Source: Planctomycetaceae bacterium
GTDB lineage: Bacteria > Planctomycetota > Planctomycetia > Pirellulales > PALSA-1355
DNA: 64,000 nt
Assembly: GCA_003153375.1 (NCBI GenBank)
Contig: PLYM01000217.1
Span: 7,558-71,557, forward strand
Reading direction: 5' to 3'
Shown: positions 18,271-28,140 of the stretch, piece after piece
How the letters are laid out: each line of letters begins with the position of its first letter
How positions within the stretch are numbered: position 1 is the stretch's first letter
Notes under the pieces: model-generated
Database searches by the model: none
Seen by the model: the letters and a program-made list of their open reading frames with translations, nothing else
What the model was told of the DNA's origin: nothing
Translations under genes and position numbers: made by a program

Positions 18271-20820
18271 CTACGCGCGATGGATCTCCGTCAACTGATG
18301 GCTCGCGCCGGAGTGAACCAGATATTTTCGCGAAATGTTGCTGGCGAGTTCGCAAAGCTGCGTCGCCAGTTGCAGCAGGCTACCTTCGAGCCGCTGACGG
18401 ATACCGTTTTCGTCCACCTCGGCCAGCGCCCCCAGGTCGGACAGCCGCACGCTCGAAAGCATCGCGATCACCAGCCGCTGCTCGTCGCTCAACAGCGCTT
18501 CCGACTGGTGACGTGGTAGCCGCTCGACGTGGCTTGCCAGCGCGGCCAATTGATAGGCGATCGATCGTGGGTTCGTTTCGTCGGTGATCAACAAATCCAG
18601 CAGCGGCGCAAGCTGCAAGTTCGTGGCATATCGATTGCGATAGGTCATCGAGCTATCGGCGATCTCCAAAATCGCCTCCAGGACCGCATGTTCATTGCCG
18701 GCCGGAATGAACAGCGTCGTGCGGAGCAGCCCGATCATGTTCATGGCTCGCTCGGTCCGCCGGCCCAAGTCCAAAAACTGCCAACCCGGCCCGCGTGTCA
18801 TGTTTTCCATGGCCACGCCGCTGAACGCCGAAAGATTGAGCACCATCTGATTGAGCATGGTCAACACGTCGGACAGCGAGACCACGCCCAGCGGATAGCC
18901 GGGATGGAAGTCGTCGTCAATTCGCTTCAGGATGCGCCAGGTGTCGAGCGAGATGCGGTCGCGCACCACCGTGGCGCCGCGCACCATCGAGGCCAGCACC
19001 GACAGCAGGCTGCCGGCCCGCTGCTGGTCGTAGAGATAGGCCAATACTTGCAGTTCCATCGCTGAGGCGGCCGAGCCGGTCCCACTTTCTTGCGGCGCGG
19101 GCGGCGAGCCAGTCAGGGCGCGAAACAAAATATCCAGCTCGCTCGCGTCGCCCGGCGAGTTTTCGCTGATCAGTCGGGTGAAGATGCTGCGCAGCAGTCG
19201 CACCAGGTCCTCGGCCCGCTCGACGTGGCGGCCAAGCCAGAACAGGTTGTCGGCCACGCGGCTGGGCAGATCGTGACCGCTGCGCCGCGGCGCCAGGGGC
19301 GTGCCCGGCGGCTGCAACAAGGTAACCGGTGCGACCGGCCCATCGGCCAACACCCACACGTCCTTGCTCCCCTGCCCCACGAACATCGACTCGCCGAGGG
19401 CTTCCGGCGACGCGCTCACGTGGGCCAGGGCCCCGGGCAGCACGCGGTACGAATCGCCCGCGGCCACCGAAAAGGTTCGCACCGCGATGTGGCCAGCCAC
19501 CAGCGAGCCATCGCTCCACACCGGAGCGCTCGAGCGGACCACCAGTTCCTGAGCGACGAACTTGGCTCCCGCCGTGCGAATGCGAGCAACGAGCTGTTCC
19601 TTTTCCGTGCTGCTCAGCGAGCCGCCATGCACGCTCTTGCTGGCCGTGTCACCCAAGGCCGAGCGAATGATCAACCGATCGAGGTTTTCGAGCACGAAGG
19701 GCAGTGACTTTTCGTCGCCGCACCACCAGGTGCGAACCGAAGGAAGCTCCAGCGGTTCGGACAGCAGCCGCTGGCAAAGCGCGGGCAGGAAGGCCATCAG
19801 CGCCGGCGATTCCACCAGCCCGCTGCCCAGGGCATTGGCCAGCACCACGTTTCCTTGCCGTGCCGCGTGGGTCAACCCGGGCACGCCCTGGCGCGACCGA
19901 CCGCCCAGTTCCAGCGGATCGCAAAACTCCTGTCGCACACGGCGCATCACCACGTCGACGTTGATCAGCCCACCGAGCGTCTTGAGATAGACGCGATTGT
20001 CGCGCACGGTCAGGTCTTCACCCTCGACCAGCGTATAGCCCAAATAGCGCGCCAGGTACGAATCCTCGAAATAGGTGGGGCTCGCCGGACCGGGGCTCAG
20101 CAGCACGGTTTGTGGGTTTTCGCGGTGCCGCAACGCGAGATCGGCCAGCGTGTCGCGCAGGGTCATGAAGAACCCGGCCAACCGCTCGACCCGGCAATGA
20201 TGAAACACGTGCGGAATCATCCGCGAGATCACGATTCGGTTTTCCACCGCATAGCCGGCTCCGACCGGAGCTTCGCTGCGGTCGGCCACGACCCACCAGG
20301 CGCCCTCGGGCGAGCGCGCCAGGTGCGCGGCGTGCAAGTGCAGATAGCGATCGCCCGGCACGCTCCAGCCGTGGCAGGGACGCAGAAAGCCTGGATGGCC
20401 GAGGATCAGCTCACTCGGCAACAGGCCCTCGCGCAGCAGGTGCTGCGGACCGTAGACATCCTGCAAGATGGCATTGAGCAGTCGCGCCCGTTGCGTCAGT
20501 CCGGCCGATAGCCGCGACCATTCGCCCGATTCCATCACCAGCGGCAGCGCGTCGAGCTCCCAACGGCGGTCGCGTCCTTGCGGATCGCTGTGTACGTTAT
20601 ACGTCACGCCGTTTTCGTCGATCAACCGCCGCGCTTGCTGCCAACGACGCGTCAGCTCGAGCGGCCCCAGGCCGTCAACCAGCGAGGCGAACTCGCCCCA
20701 ATGGCCGCGCAGGCGACCATCGCCGGCGAACATTTCGTCGTACACGGCCCCCGGCGGCTCATAGCGTGCGAAGACGCTTTTGTCCGCCAAAGGGTTCAGG
20801 GCGATATGGGCAGAATTCAT
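18271..20820 (-). CDS. Circularly permuted type 2 ATP-grasp protein fused to an alpha-E (DUF403) domain
   Basis: GVTYNV, SKDVWV, then PSRVADNLFWLGRHVERAE and LDLGRRTERA, DETNPRSIAYQ. Confidence 0.93.
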   Translation of the reverse strand: MNSAHIALNPLADKSVFARYEPPGAVYDEMFAGDGRLRGHWGEFASLVDGLGPLELTRRWQQARRLIDENGVTYNVHSDPQGRDRRWELDALPLVMESGEWSRLSAGLTQRARLLNAILQDVYGPQHLLREGLLPSELILGHPGFLRPCHGWSVPGDRYLHLHAAHLARSPEGAWWVVADRSEAPVGAGYAVENRIVISRMIPHVFHHCRVERLAGFFMTLRDTLADLALRHRENPQTVLLSPGPASPTYFEDSYLARYLGYTLVEGEDLTVRDNRVYLKTLGGLINVDVVMRRVRQEFCDPLELGGRSRQGVPGLTHAARQGNVVLANALGSGLVESPALMAFLPALCQRLLSEPLELPSVRTWWCGDEKSLPFVLENLDRLIIRSALGDTASKSVHGGSLSSTEKEQLVARIRTAGAKFVAQELVVRSSAPVWSDGSLVAGHIAVRTFSVAAGDSYRVLPGALAHVSASPEALGESMFVGQGSKDVWVLADGPVAPVTLLQPPGTPLAPRRSGHDLPSRVADNLFWLGRHVERAEDLVRLLRSIFTRLISENSPGDASELDILFRALTGSPPAPQESGTGSAASAMELQVLAYLYDQQRAGSLLSVLASMVRGATVVRDRISLDTWRILKRIDDDFHPGYPLGVVSLSDVLTMLNQMVLNLSAFSGVAMENMTRGPGWQFLDLGRRTERAMNMIGLLRTTLFIPAGNEHAVLEAILEIADSSMTYRNRYATNLQLAPLLDLLITDETNPRSIAYQLAALASHVERLPRHQSEALLSDEQRLVIAMLSSVRLSDLGALAEVDENGIRQRLEGSLLQLATQLCELASNISRKYLVHSGASHQLTEIHRA

Positions 20821-20962
20821 CCGATTCCTGGAGCGGGGGCAAGCAAGTCGGGACTACGCGCCCAGGGCGGATTGACCGCCGGCACGTTGATGGATGTCGG
20901 CGTTCCTTGCCGACTCGTCTCTCTCACTAAAATAATACGCCTACTTGGGCGGCTCAACGCGA

Positions 20963-21949
20963 CTACTGTTGGCTGGCCCGCTGGGCCAATTCCAGCGGCC
21001 GGAGCGCGAAGAAGGTCTCGTAAATTGCCTCGCCCACTTTGTTCAGTTGAATCTGGAAGGCGTCAATGAATTCGTGGAGCCCCTGGTCAATGATCTCACT
21101 AACCTGCGTGTAATCGAGCTCCGATCGCAAGCGGCCCAGCCGCTTTTCGGCCAGCGTGCGAAATCGCCCGCGCTCGCCGCCAGTAATCGCCAGCAACGAC
21201 TCTTCGCTCTTGATCAGGCAGAAGTGGATCGCACGGGGAAACTCGCTGTCCAGAATCAGGAAATCGGCAACGTCCGTCGGTCGAATCCGCCCAAACCGCT
21301 TGCGATACATTTCCAAGGCGCTAGCCGACTCCAACAAGGCCGACCATTGCACCGTATCCACGGGCGTGCCCACCTCCGCGATCGACGGGAGCAACACGTA
21401 ATACTTGACATCCAAGATGCGCGAGGTCTTGTCGGCTCGTTCCAGCAACCGTCCCAAGCGGGCAAAGTGCCAGGCCTCGCCGTGCGACATCGTGGCCATC
21501 GTGATGCCTTCCAATAGGTGGCTGGCCAGCTTGACCTGCTTGAAGAACTCGTACGATGAGTCGAGCATCGTGCCCGACCCCTTGGCCGACAGCACCATGA
21601 GATAGAACTTATTGAGCTCCTCCCACATCGACGACGAAATCATCTCCCGCACGGTGCGGGCGTTTTCGCGCGCTAATCGCAGGCAGGTGAGGATCGAGTT
21701 CGGGTTGCGGTCGTCGAACGTCAGAAAGGCGATCGCCTTGTGCTGGTCCGGCTCGCCGTACAACTCGCGAAACAGGTCGTAGTCGCCGGTGGTGATGACC
21801 AGCGGGGCCCATTGTTCGGCCGCATGCACGTCAGTATGGCCCTCGTCCATGGCCAGGTGCATGTTGACGTCGATGAAACGCGCGACGTTCTCAGCGCGTT
21901 CGATATAACGGCTCATCCAAAAGATCGAATCCGCCACCCGGCTCAGCAT
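20963..21949 (-). CDS. Alpha-E domain protein (DUF403)
   Basis: MLSRVADSIFWMSRYIERAENVAR, GRLLERADKTSRILD, FPRAI. Confidence 0.94.
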   Translation of the reverse strand: MLSRVADSIFWMSRYIERAENVARFIDVNMHLAMDEGHTDVHAAEQWAPLVITTGDYDLFRELYGEPDQHKAIAFLTFDDRNPNSILTCLRLARENARTVREMISSSMWEELNKFYLMVLSAKGSGTMLDSSYEFFKQVKLASHLLEGITMATMSHGEAWHFARLGRLLERADKTSRILDVKYYVLLPSIAEVGTPVDTVQWSALLESASALEMYRKRFGRIRPTDVADFLILDSEFPRAIHFCLIKSEESLLAITGGERGRFRTLAEKRLGRLRSELDYTQVSEIIDQGLHEFIDAFQIQLNKVGEAIYETFFALRPLELAQRASQQ

Positions 21950-21963
21950 GTTCGACACCGTTT

Positions 21964-23409
21964 TCAATGCGATGCGCCGTTGCGAACGACCCAGGTGTCT
22001 TTGCTGCCGCCGCCTTGCGAGGAGTTGACCACCAACGAGCCGGCCTGCAAGGCCACGCGCGTCAGTCCGCCTGGCAGGACATAGATATCCTGGCCATAGA
22101 GGATGTAGGGACGTAAGTCGACATGCCGGCCCTCGAGCTGGTCTTGCACCACGGTTGGCACGCGCGACAGCGACAACATCGGTTGCGCCACGTAGTTCCG
22201 CGGATTGGCGCGAATCCGGTCGCGGCACTCCTGGTGTTCGGCGCTCGAACTTTTGGGGCCGAGCATGATCCCATATCCGCCCGACTCGTTCGTCGGCTTA
22301 ACCACCAGCTTGTCGACATTGACCAACACGTGCTCGCATTGCGCCTCGTCGCCACAGACGAAGGTGGGCACATTCGACAACAGCGTATCCTCGCCCAGAT
22401 AGTACTTGATCATCTGCGGCACGTACGCATAGACGGCTTTGTCGTCGGCGATACCGGTGCCTGGCGCATTGGCCAGGGCCACGCGGCCCGCGCGATACAC
22501 GTCGATCAGGCCCGGCACGCCCAGGGTCGAGTCGGAGCGGAAGGTCTTCGGATCGAGAAAGTCGTCGTCGATCCGCCGATAGATCACATCAACCCGCTCG
22601 AAACCGTGCGTGGTCCGCATGAACACGTAACCGTCGTTGACCACCAGGTCGGAGCCCTGCACCAGCTCGATACCCATCTGTTGGGCCAGGAAGCAGTGCT
22701 CGAAATAAGCCGAATTGTAGATGCCGGGCGTCAGCAGCACGACGTTCGGATCGTCGACCCCCGGGGGAGCGATGTGTTGGAGTGTTTGCAGGAGCTGCTC
22801 GGGGTAGTCCTCGACCGGCGAGATCGACAACCCGCCGAAGACCTGCGGAAAAGTCCTCTTCATGACTTCGCGGTTTTCCAGCACATAGGAGACACCCGAA
22901 GGACAACGCAGGTTGTCTTCGAGCACATAAAACTCACCATCGGCGTCGCGCACCAGGTCGGTGCCCGTGATGTGGCACCAAATGCCGTGCGGCGGACGCA
23001 GGCCGGCGCACTTTTCCAGCAGGCACTTGCCGGACGAAATCAGCCATTCGGGCACGACACCATCGCGAATGATTTGCCGCTTGTTGTAGACGTCGGCGAT
23101 AAAGGAGTTGAGCGCGCGGATGCGTTGCTTGAGCCCGCGCTCAATGCGGTCCCATTCGCTGGCCTCAAGAATGCGTGGGACGATGTCGAACGGCCAGACT
23201 TTTTCGGTGCCGGCCTCGTGACCATAGACGTTGAACGTGATGCCCATGTTCAACAAGGCCAGGTCGGCCGCTTTCTGACGGCGCTGCAATTCGCCGTCGG
23301 ACAGGGCCGCCAGATTTCGCGCGAGCAGTTGGGCCCGCGGCCGCGGCTGGCCGTCCTGTTCGAACATTTCGTCGTAAAAACCGCCGGTTTGATAAGCATT
23401 GAATTTCAT
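21964..23409 (-). CDS. Circularly permuted type 2 ATP-grasp protein (DUF404/407)
   Basis: [53 protein letters not shown]. Confidence 0.95.
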   Translation of the reverse strand: MKFNAYQTGGFYDEMFEQDGQPRPRAQLLARNLAALSDGELQRRQKAADLALLNMGITFNVYGHEAGTEKVWPFDIVPRILEASEWDRIERGLKQRIRALNSFIADVYNKRQIIRDGVVPEWLISSGKCLLEKCAGLRPPHGIWCHITGTDLVRDADGEFYVLEDNLRCPSGVSYVLENREVMKRTFPQVFGGLSISPVEDYPEQLLQTLQHIAPPGVDDPNVVLLTPGIYNSAYFEHCFLAQQMGIELVQGSDLVVNDGYVFMRTTHGFERVDVIYRRIDDDFLDPKTFRSDSTLGVPGLIDVYRAGRVALANAPGTGIADDKAVYAYVPQMIKYYLGEDTLLSNVPTFVCGDEAQCEHVLVNVDKLVVKPTNESGGYGIMLGPKSSSAEHQECRDRIRANPRNYVAQPMLSLSRVPTVVQDQLEGRHVDLRPYILYGQDIYVLPGGLTRVALQAGSLVVNSSQGGGSKDTWVVRNGASH

Positions 23410-23539
23410 GGTTCGTACCGGTGGGTTGGTTGGCGCAAGCACCATCCGGCCGGGGCTTGCCTAGCAATAGAGCAAACCCGGTCGAACATTTAAGCAATTT
23501 GAGCAGAATCGGCCGCTTTTTGTATCCGCCCCACTAGGA

Positions 23540-23556
23540 AGCAAAGCGTATGCCCA
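23540..23556 (-). promoter_or_regulatory. Putative sigma54 (-24/-12) promoter of the ATP-grasp operon
   Basis: Minus strand TGGGCATACGCTTTGCT = GG-N10-GC with GGCA and TTGCT consensus bases. Confidence 0.6.
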
Positions 23557-23691
23557 ATCCACGGCATCGAGCATTCGACACCACGAGGCTCGCGTCCTGA
23601 GAAGAAATCGGTTTCACCGGCGGGGCTAGCGCCCGACGCCCGAGAAGAACCAAGTCGCGCGGCACGCAGCCGTGCGGCGAGGAGCGGACTG

Positions 23692-24060
23692 CTAGGCCAT
23701 GGCTCGACGACGGCCGAACAGCAGAAAGTAGACCAGCGCCCCGACCGCCAATGCCACGGCCGACGGCTCCGGCACCAGGCTCATGCTTTCGGTGTCCTCG
23801 CCCTGATGGTTGACGGCCGACGTAGAGGGCAGCACCTTGTTCTCGGCCACGGACGCCGCGATTGCCGCGTGGAGGTCGTGAGGATCCGAGTAGTTCGATG
23901 GCTTGGCCAACTGCGCGTCGCTGATACCCGCGCCACCACTTTCCATGACGGGCGAGACATCAACAGTCGAACGACCACCCAGCAGATCGTCGAGATCGTC
24001 TGCCTTGCCAACCACGGCAAGCAGCAGCGAGATGCAAATTACCGCACCCAACGTTTTCAT
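23692..24060 (-). CDS. Short PEP-CTERM sorting-domain protein
   Basis: Signal peptide; C-terminal VPEPS, TM helix and RRR. Confidence 0.88.
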   Translation of the reverse strand: MKTLGAVICISLLLAVVGKADDLDDLLGGRSTVDVSPVMESGGAGISDAQLAKPSNYSDPHDLHAAIAASVAENKVLPSTSAVNHQGEDTESMSLVPEPSAVALAVGALVYFLLFGRRRAMA

Positions 24061-24387
24061 AGGGATCGATCGCAATCATCCGACGGCGACTTGAGCACCG
24101 CCCGCCAAGAACCTTGCCTCCAATAACCGGCACTCCAGTGCAAGTTAAGGGGCAGCGATTATTATGACAACGGACGGGAGGATTGGCAAGGAAAAAGAAT
24201 CGAATTCTGGTTTTTCTGCCGCGATCGACCGGACGAACGGCAATCCTTTTTCGACAAGTCAAAAGGCGCCCTGCGGTTCCAAACTCGCGCGTGGTCTCCG
24301 TCCGCGATGCAAGTCGGCGACATTTTTCGGACGAGCCGCCGGGAGCCGCTGCGATCGACGAGAAGAGCGAAATCCCGAGCCTGGCCG

Positions 24388-25392
24388 CTATTTCTGGGCC
24401 GCCGCCGGTTTCGGCAGCGTGTCGCCGAACCGTTCTTCCCAGCGCTTCATGATCTCTTTCCAGTTCGTGAACTGGATGCCTTCGCGCTCGAAGAACGCTA
24501 GCATCGCCGGGTCGGCGAACATCTGCGATTCCCAAGTCCGCTGCTGCCAACTGCCGGTGATCGCCTTCAGCGTGTCGGTCATCACCGAGGGATGGAAGAT
24601 GATCTCGTTGAGGCCTGGTTGCAGCGAACGGACCAGCACCATGAACTTCTCTTTCTTGTCCTCATAGTTCTTGCCGTCCGGCGCCGCGTTAAAGTCATCG
24701 AGCTTGGGCAGCTTATAGGCCGCCATCACTTTTTTCGACTCCTCGGTGATCGGATAGCCCTGCTTCTTGAACTTCTCGGTCACCGCCGGGGTGTCTTCAA
24801 CGACCATCGCCGGAATGCGATATTCCTGGGCGACCTTCAAATAGGCCTTGGTGAATTCGATCCGCGCATAGAGCGTGCCCATGTGCGTGTCGATGTGGCC
24901 GGGGCGCGTGCCCTTGGCGAGTGCCCGATCGACCTGAGCGCGAATTTCCGTCTCGATATCCTCGGGCTTGCCCTTGGTGGCCGTTTCGAGCACGTTGCGG
25001 TAAAGGAATCCTTCGCTATCGCACATGCTGGGCACTTTCAACTTGCCAGCCACAGGTCCCCAGCGATACCACTTCCACTCGCTGTTCATCGCCAGGTGCA
25101 GGCCCAGATCGTACTCGGGATGTTCCTTGTACCAATCGGCCATCTCGTTGTACCAAGGGCAGGGAACCATCAGCGCGGCCGACTGAATCTGGCCGGCGGT
25201 CAAATAGGCTTTGCCGGCCAGGTTGGCTTCATAGCACATGCCGATGTCGTCGGCGTGCAGCATCAGGACTTTCTTGCCGGCCGGATAACCGAGTTTCTCG
25301 CCCCAGGTCTCGCCATGGGCCAGGCCAGCCACAAGAACCACGCCGGCAAACAACGCGACGACGCGCACGACACCGAAACATCGAATGAGCAT
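24388..25392 (-). CDS. YdjC/ChbG-family carbohydrate deacetylase, exported
   Basis: LMLHADDIGMC, GLHL, HIDTHMG, EIIFHP; signal peptide. Confidence 0.88.
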   Translation of the reverse strand: MLIRCFGVVRVVALFAGVVLVAGLAHGETWGEKLGYPAGKKVLMLHADDIGMCYEANLAGKAYLTAGQIQSAALMVPCPWYNEMADWYKEHPEYDLGLHLAMNSEWKWYRWGPVAGKLKVPSMCDSEGFLYRNVLETATKGKPEDIETEIRAQVDRALAKGTRPGHIDTHMGTLYARIEFTKAYLKVAQEYRIPAMVVEDTPAVTEKFKKQGYPITEESKKVMAAYKLPKLDDFNAAPDGKNYEDKKEKFMVLVRSLQPGLNEIIFHPSVMTDTLKAITGSWQQRTWESQMFADPAMLAFFEREGIQFTNWKEIMKRWEERFGDTLPKPAAAQK

Positions 25393-25553
25393 GATGATGA
25401 CAATCCTCAGGTGAGATACGAGATGGTTGGTCCGCAGGGGCTGCTAGGTTTCTGGTCGCTATGATTCTGGATTCGCCCGATTGCCCAGTCAAGCAGACGC
25501 ACGGGCGTTTCGGCCGAAAGCCCGGCCGGCCGCCTGCTCTGGAAAATGGCCGG

Positions 25554-26630
25554 CTATTTCGCCTTCGCGGCGCTGGCCGTGATCGCCGACTCGTCGAACA
25601 CCGCGTGGTTGATCACGCTGCGATGTTCCGAGGTGTAGACGATGTGAATCTTGCCGTCGCGGCCTTGGATGGCATAGGGATAGGCATAGTCGTGGTTGCC
25701 CACCGCAATGTCGCGGCGCGCCGGCCAGGTCTTGTCGCCGTCGCTTGAGATCGCCACGGTCAGCGGCGTGCGGTCCAAGGGACTGTCGTTGTAGACCAAC
25801 AGCAAGTGGCCGTTGTGCAGCTTGAGAAAGTCGATCGCGGCGTTGGGATTGGGGAACTTCGTATCCTGCCCTTCGCCCCAAGTTTTACCGCCATCGTGCG
25901 ATTCGCTTCGCACGACGAACCCCTCGCTGCCCGGTCCATAGCCGCCGCCGCGACGGCAATAGGCGACGAGATCGTCGTTGCCCAATTGGACGACCGACGG
26001 TTGGATGTTGCCCTTGGCTGAGCGAATGCGGCTCGACTCGCTCCACTTCTTTTTCTTCGCATCGAAGCGCAGGAACAGCGACGTGCTGTCGGCGCCGACG
26101 ACCTCGGGATCGTGCCCCGTCTCGCGATACACTGGCAACAGATAATCGCCATCGGCCAGCAACAGCGGCCGGCTGCGGACCATCATCCCCTCTTCCATGG
26201 CCACCATGAACGAGTCGCTCCAGGTCTGGGCGTCATCGCGCGAGATCTTAGCCTTGATGCGCGACGTGCTCCAGGTGTCGCCAAAGCGGCAGACATAGAA
26301 CAGCCACACCAGTCCATCGGGCGCTTGCCAGACGACGGCGTTGCCATCGGAATAGAACGGCGTGTCGGCGATGATTTTGGGCGCCGACCATTGGCTCTCG
26401 CCCTTCTTTTTGCGCATGCCATAAACGGCCGTCACGTCGGCGTACTCACCGTCGCCGCCATAGTAAGCGATATAGAGGTCGCCGCTGGCCAACTCCTCGA
26501 TCGAGGCCGGGTGCTTGTACTTGCCCGGAAACTCGGGGCCGATAACGCGCTCGAACACGATATCATCGGCCGCAACCGCCAGGGAGCCGGACACCAGAAC
26601 ACTCATTGCCAGCAGGAACACTTTGATCAC
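25554..26630 (-). CDS. BNR/Asp-box sialidase-like glycoside hydrolase, exported
   Basis: Asp-boxes SRDDAQTW, SHDGGKTW, SSDGDKTW; AYPY; GTG start with GGAGAG RBS. Confidence 0.88.
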   Translation of the reverse strand: MIKVFLLAMSVLVSGSLAVAADDIVFERVIGPEFPGKYKHPASIEELASGDLYIAYYGGDGEYADVTAVYGMRKKKGESQWSAPKIIADTPFYSDGNAVVWQAPDGLVWLFYVCRFGDTWSTSRIKAKISRDDAQTWSDSFMVAMEEGMMVRSRPLLLADGDYLLPVYRETGHDPEVVGADSTSLFLRFDAKKKKWSESSRIRSAKGNIQPSVVQLGNDDLVAYCRRGGGYGPGSEGFVVRSESHDGGKTWGEGQDTKFPNPNAAIDFLKLHNGHLLLVYNDSPLDRTPLTVAISSDGDKTWPARRDIAVGNHDYAYPYAIQGRDGKIHIVYTSEHRSVINHAVFDESAITASAAKAK

Positions 26631-26866
26631 GTGGTAGCTCTCCGAAAAGTAGAAACGAAATCGGTCATGCGTCGCGATGGCTGTGCTAGCCGGCCCTATT
26701 CTAGCCTCGCCCGCCGGCCACCGCAGCGCTCCAGCAGACCCCACTTAGCCCCGTGCAACTTGCACACTGGCCGCATTTTCCTATGGATTCAGAGCCCGCC
26801 AGCAGTTAGATTCGCAAGCAGCACGCCTGACTCCCCCCGAATTTCCCACCCCGAATGCGAGAAGCC

Positions 26867-28102
26867 ATGAAGAACATGGCATGTCACTGCGCGGCCGCGC
26901 TGCTTCTGGCGGCGCTCGCAATTCCGGCGCGGGCCGAAGAGACCGGCTCGCTGGTCATCATCGGCGGCGCGGCTCGCTATTCGGACGGCGACATTTGGAA
27001 CCGCGTGGTCCAATTGGCCGGCGGGCAGGGAGCCAAGATTGCCGTCTTTCCGACGGCGTCGAGCGATCCCTTGAAAAACGGCAGCCGCTCGGTCGACGCC
27101 CTGTGCAAGGCCGGAGCCGACGCGTTCCTGATCCCGCTGTGGGTGAATCAGGCCGAGGTCGACTACAAGCAACTGGTTGCCGATCCGGCGCTGGTCGACC
27201 GCGTGAAGCAGTGTCGCGGCGTCTACTTCATCGGCGGCTCGCAGGAACGCATCACCCAGGCGCTGGGCTCGAGCCTGAGCGATCGCACGCCGCTTTTGGA
27301 AGCGATCTGGCAAGTTTATCGCAATGGCGGGGTCGTGGCCGGCAGCTCGGCCGGAGCCGCCGTGATGAGTCGCATGATGTTCCGCGACGCGCGGAGCGTG
27401 CTAGGCACGTTGCAACACGGGGTCGAGCTGGGCAAGGAAGTTGGTCCCGGCTTGGGATTCTTGGACCCCCGTTGGTTCGTGGAACAACATTGCCTGGTGC
27501 GCGGACGGTTCGGTCGTTCGCTCGTGGCGATGCACACGCTGGGCATCCAATACGGCGTCGGCGTCGACGAGAACACGGCGGTCGTGGTCGAACGAGGCCA
27601 CACGATGAGCGTGATCGGCTACAAAGGCGCGATCGTGATGGACCTCTCGCAAGCCACGGCCGATCCGGCCATCAAGGGCTTCAATCTGAAGAATGCCCGG
27701 CTGACGTACCTGGACAAGGGCGACGCCTACGATTTGCAGACGCTGCAACTGACCCCGGCTGCTGAAAAACGCTCGGACCAGACGATCGATCCCAACAGCG
27801 AATCGTTTAAGCCATCGCGAGATGACTCGCTGGTGACCAGCGACATCCTGGGCAATGAGACCCTGCCCGATCTGATGAGCAAGCTGATCGACAACAAGCG
27901 GCCGGAAGCGATCGGACTGGCCTTCGACGCGGCCGAGGCCCGCAACGGACCGACGACCGGCTTCGAATTCCGCTTCTATCGCGCGGCCGACAGCATGGGC
28001 TGGTACACGCCCGTCAGCGGCGCCAGTGCCTACACCGTGGCCAACATCCACCTCGACATCCGGCCGATTCAGATTGCCGGACCGCTGTACAACTACAAGT
28101 AG
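26867..28102 (+). CDS. Cyanophycinase (peptidase S51), with signal peptide
   Basis: LVIIGGA, FPTAS, YFIGGSQ, AGSSAGA (Ser), EQH (His), GVDE (Glu). Confidence 0.88.
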   Translation: MKNMACHCAAALLLAALAIPARAEETGSLVIIGGAARYSDGDIWNRVVQLAGGQGAKIAVFPTASSDPLKNGSRSVDALCKAGADAFLIPLWVNQAEVDYKQLVADPALVDRVKQCRGVYFIGGSQERITQALGSSLSDRTPLLEAIWQVYRNGGVVAGSSAGAAVMSRMMFRDARSVLGTLQHGVELGKEVGPGLGFLDPRWFVEQHCLVRGRFGRSLVAMHTLGIQYGVGVDENTAVVVERGHTMSVIGYKGAIVMDLSQATADPAIKGFNLKNARLTYLDKGDAYDLQTLQLTPAAEKRSDQTIDPNSESFKPSRDDSLVTSDILGNETLPDLMSKLIDNKRPEAIGLAFDAAEARNGPTTGFEFRFYRAADSMGWYTPVSGASAYTVANIHLDIRPIQIAGPLYNYK

Positions 28103-28140
28103 CCAGTCGCGGTTGGTACGCGGCTCCTGCTCGCACGGAA

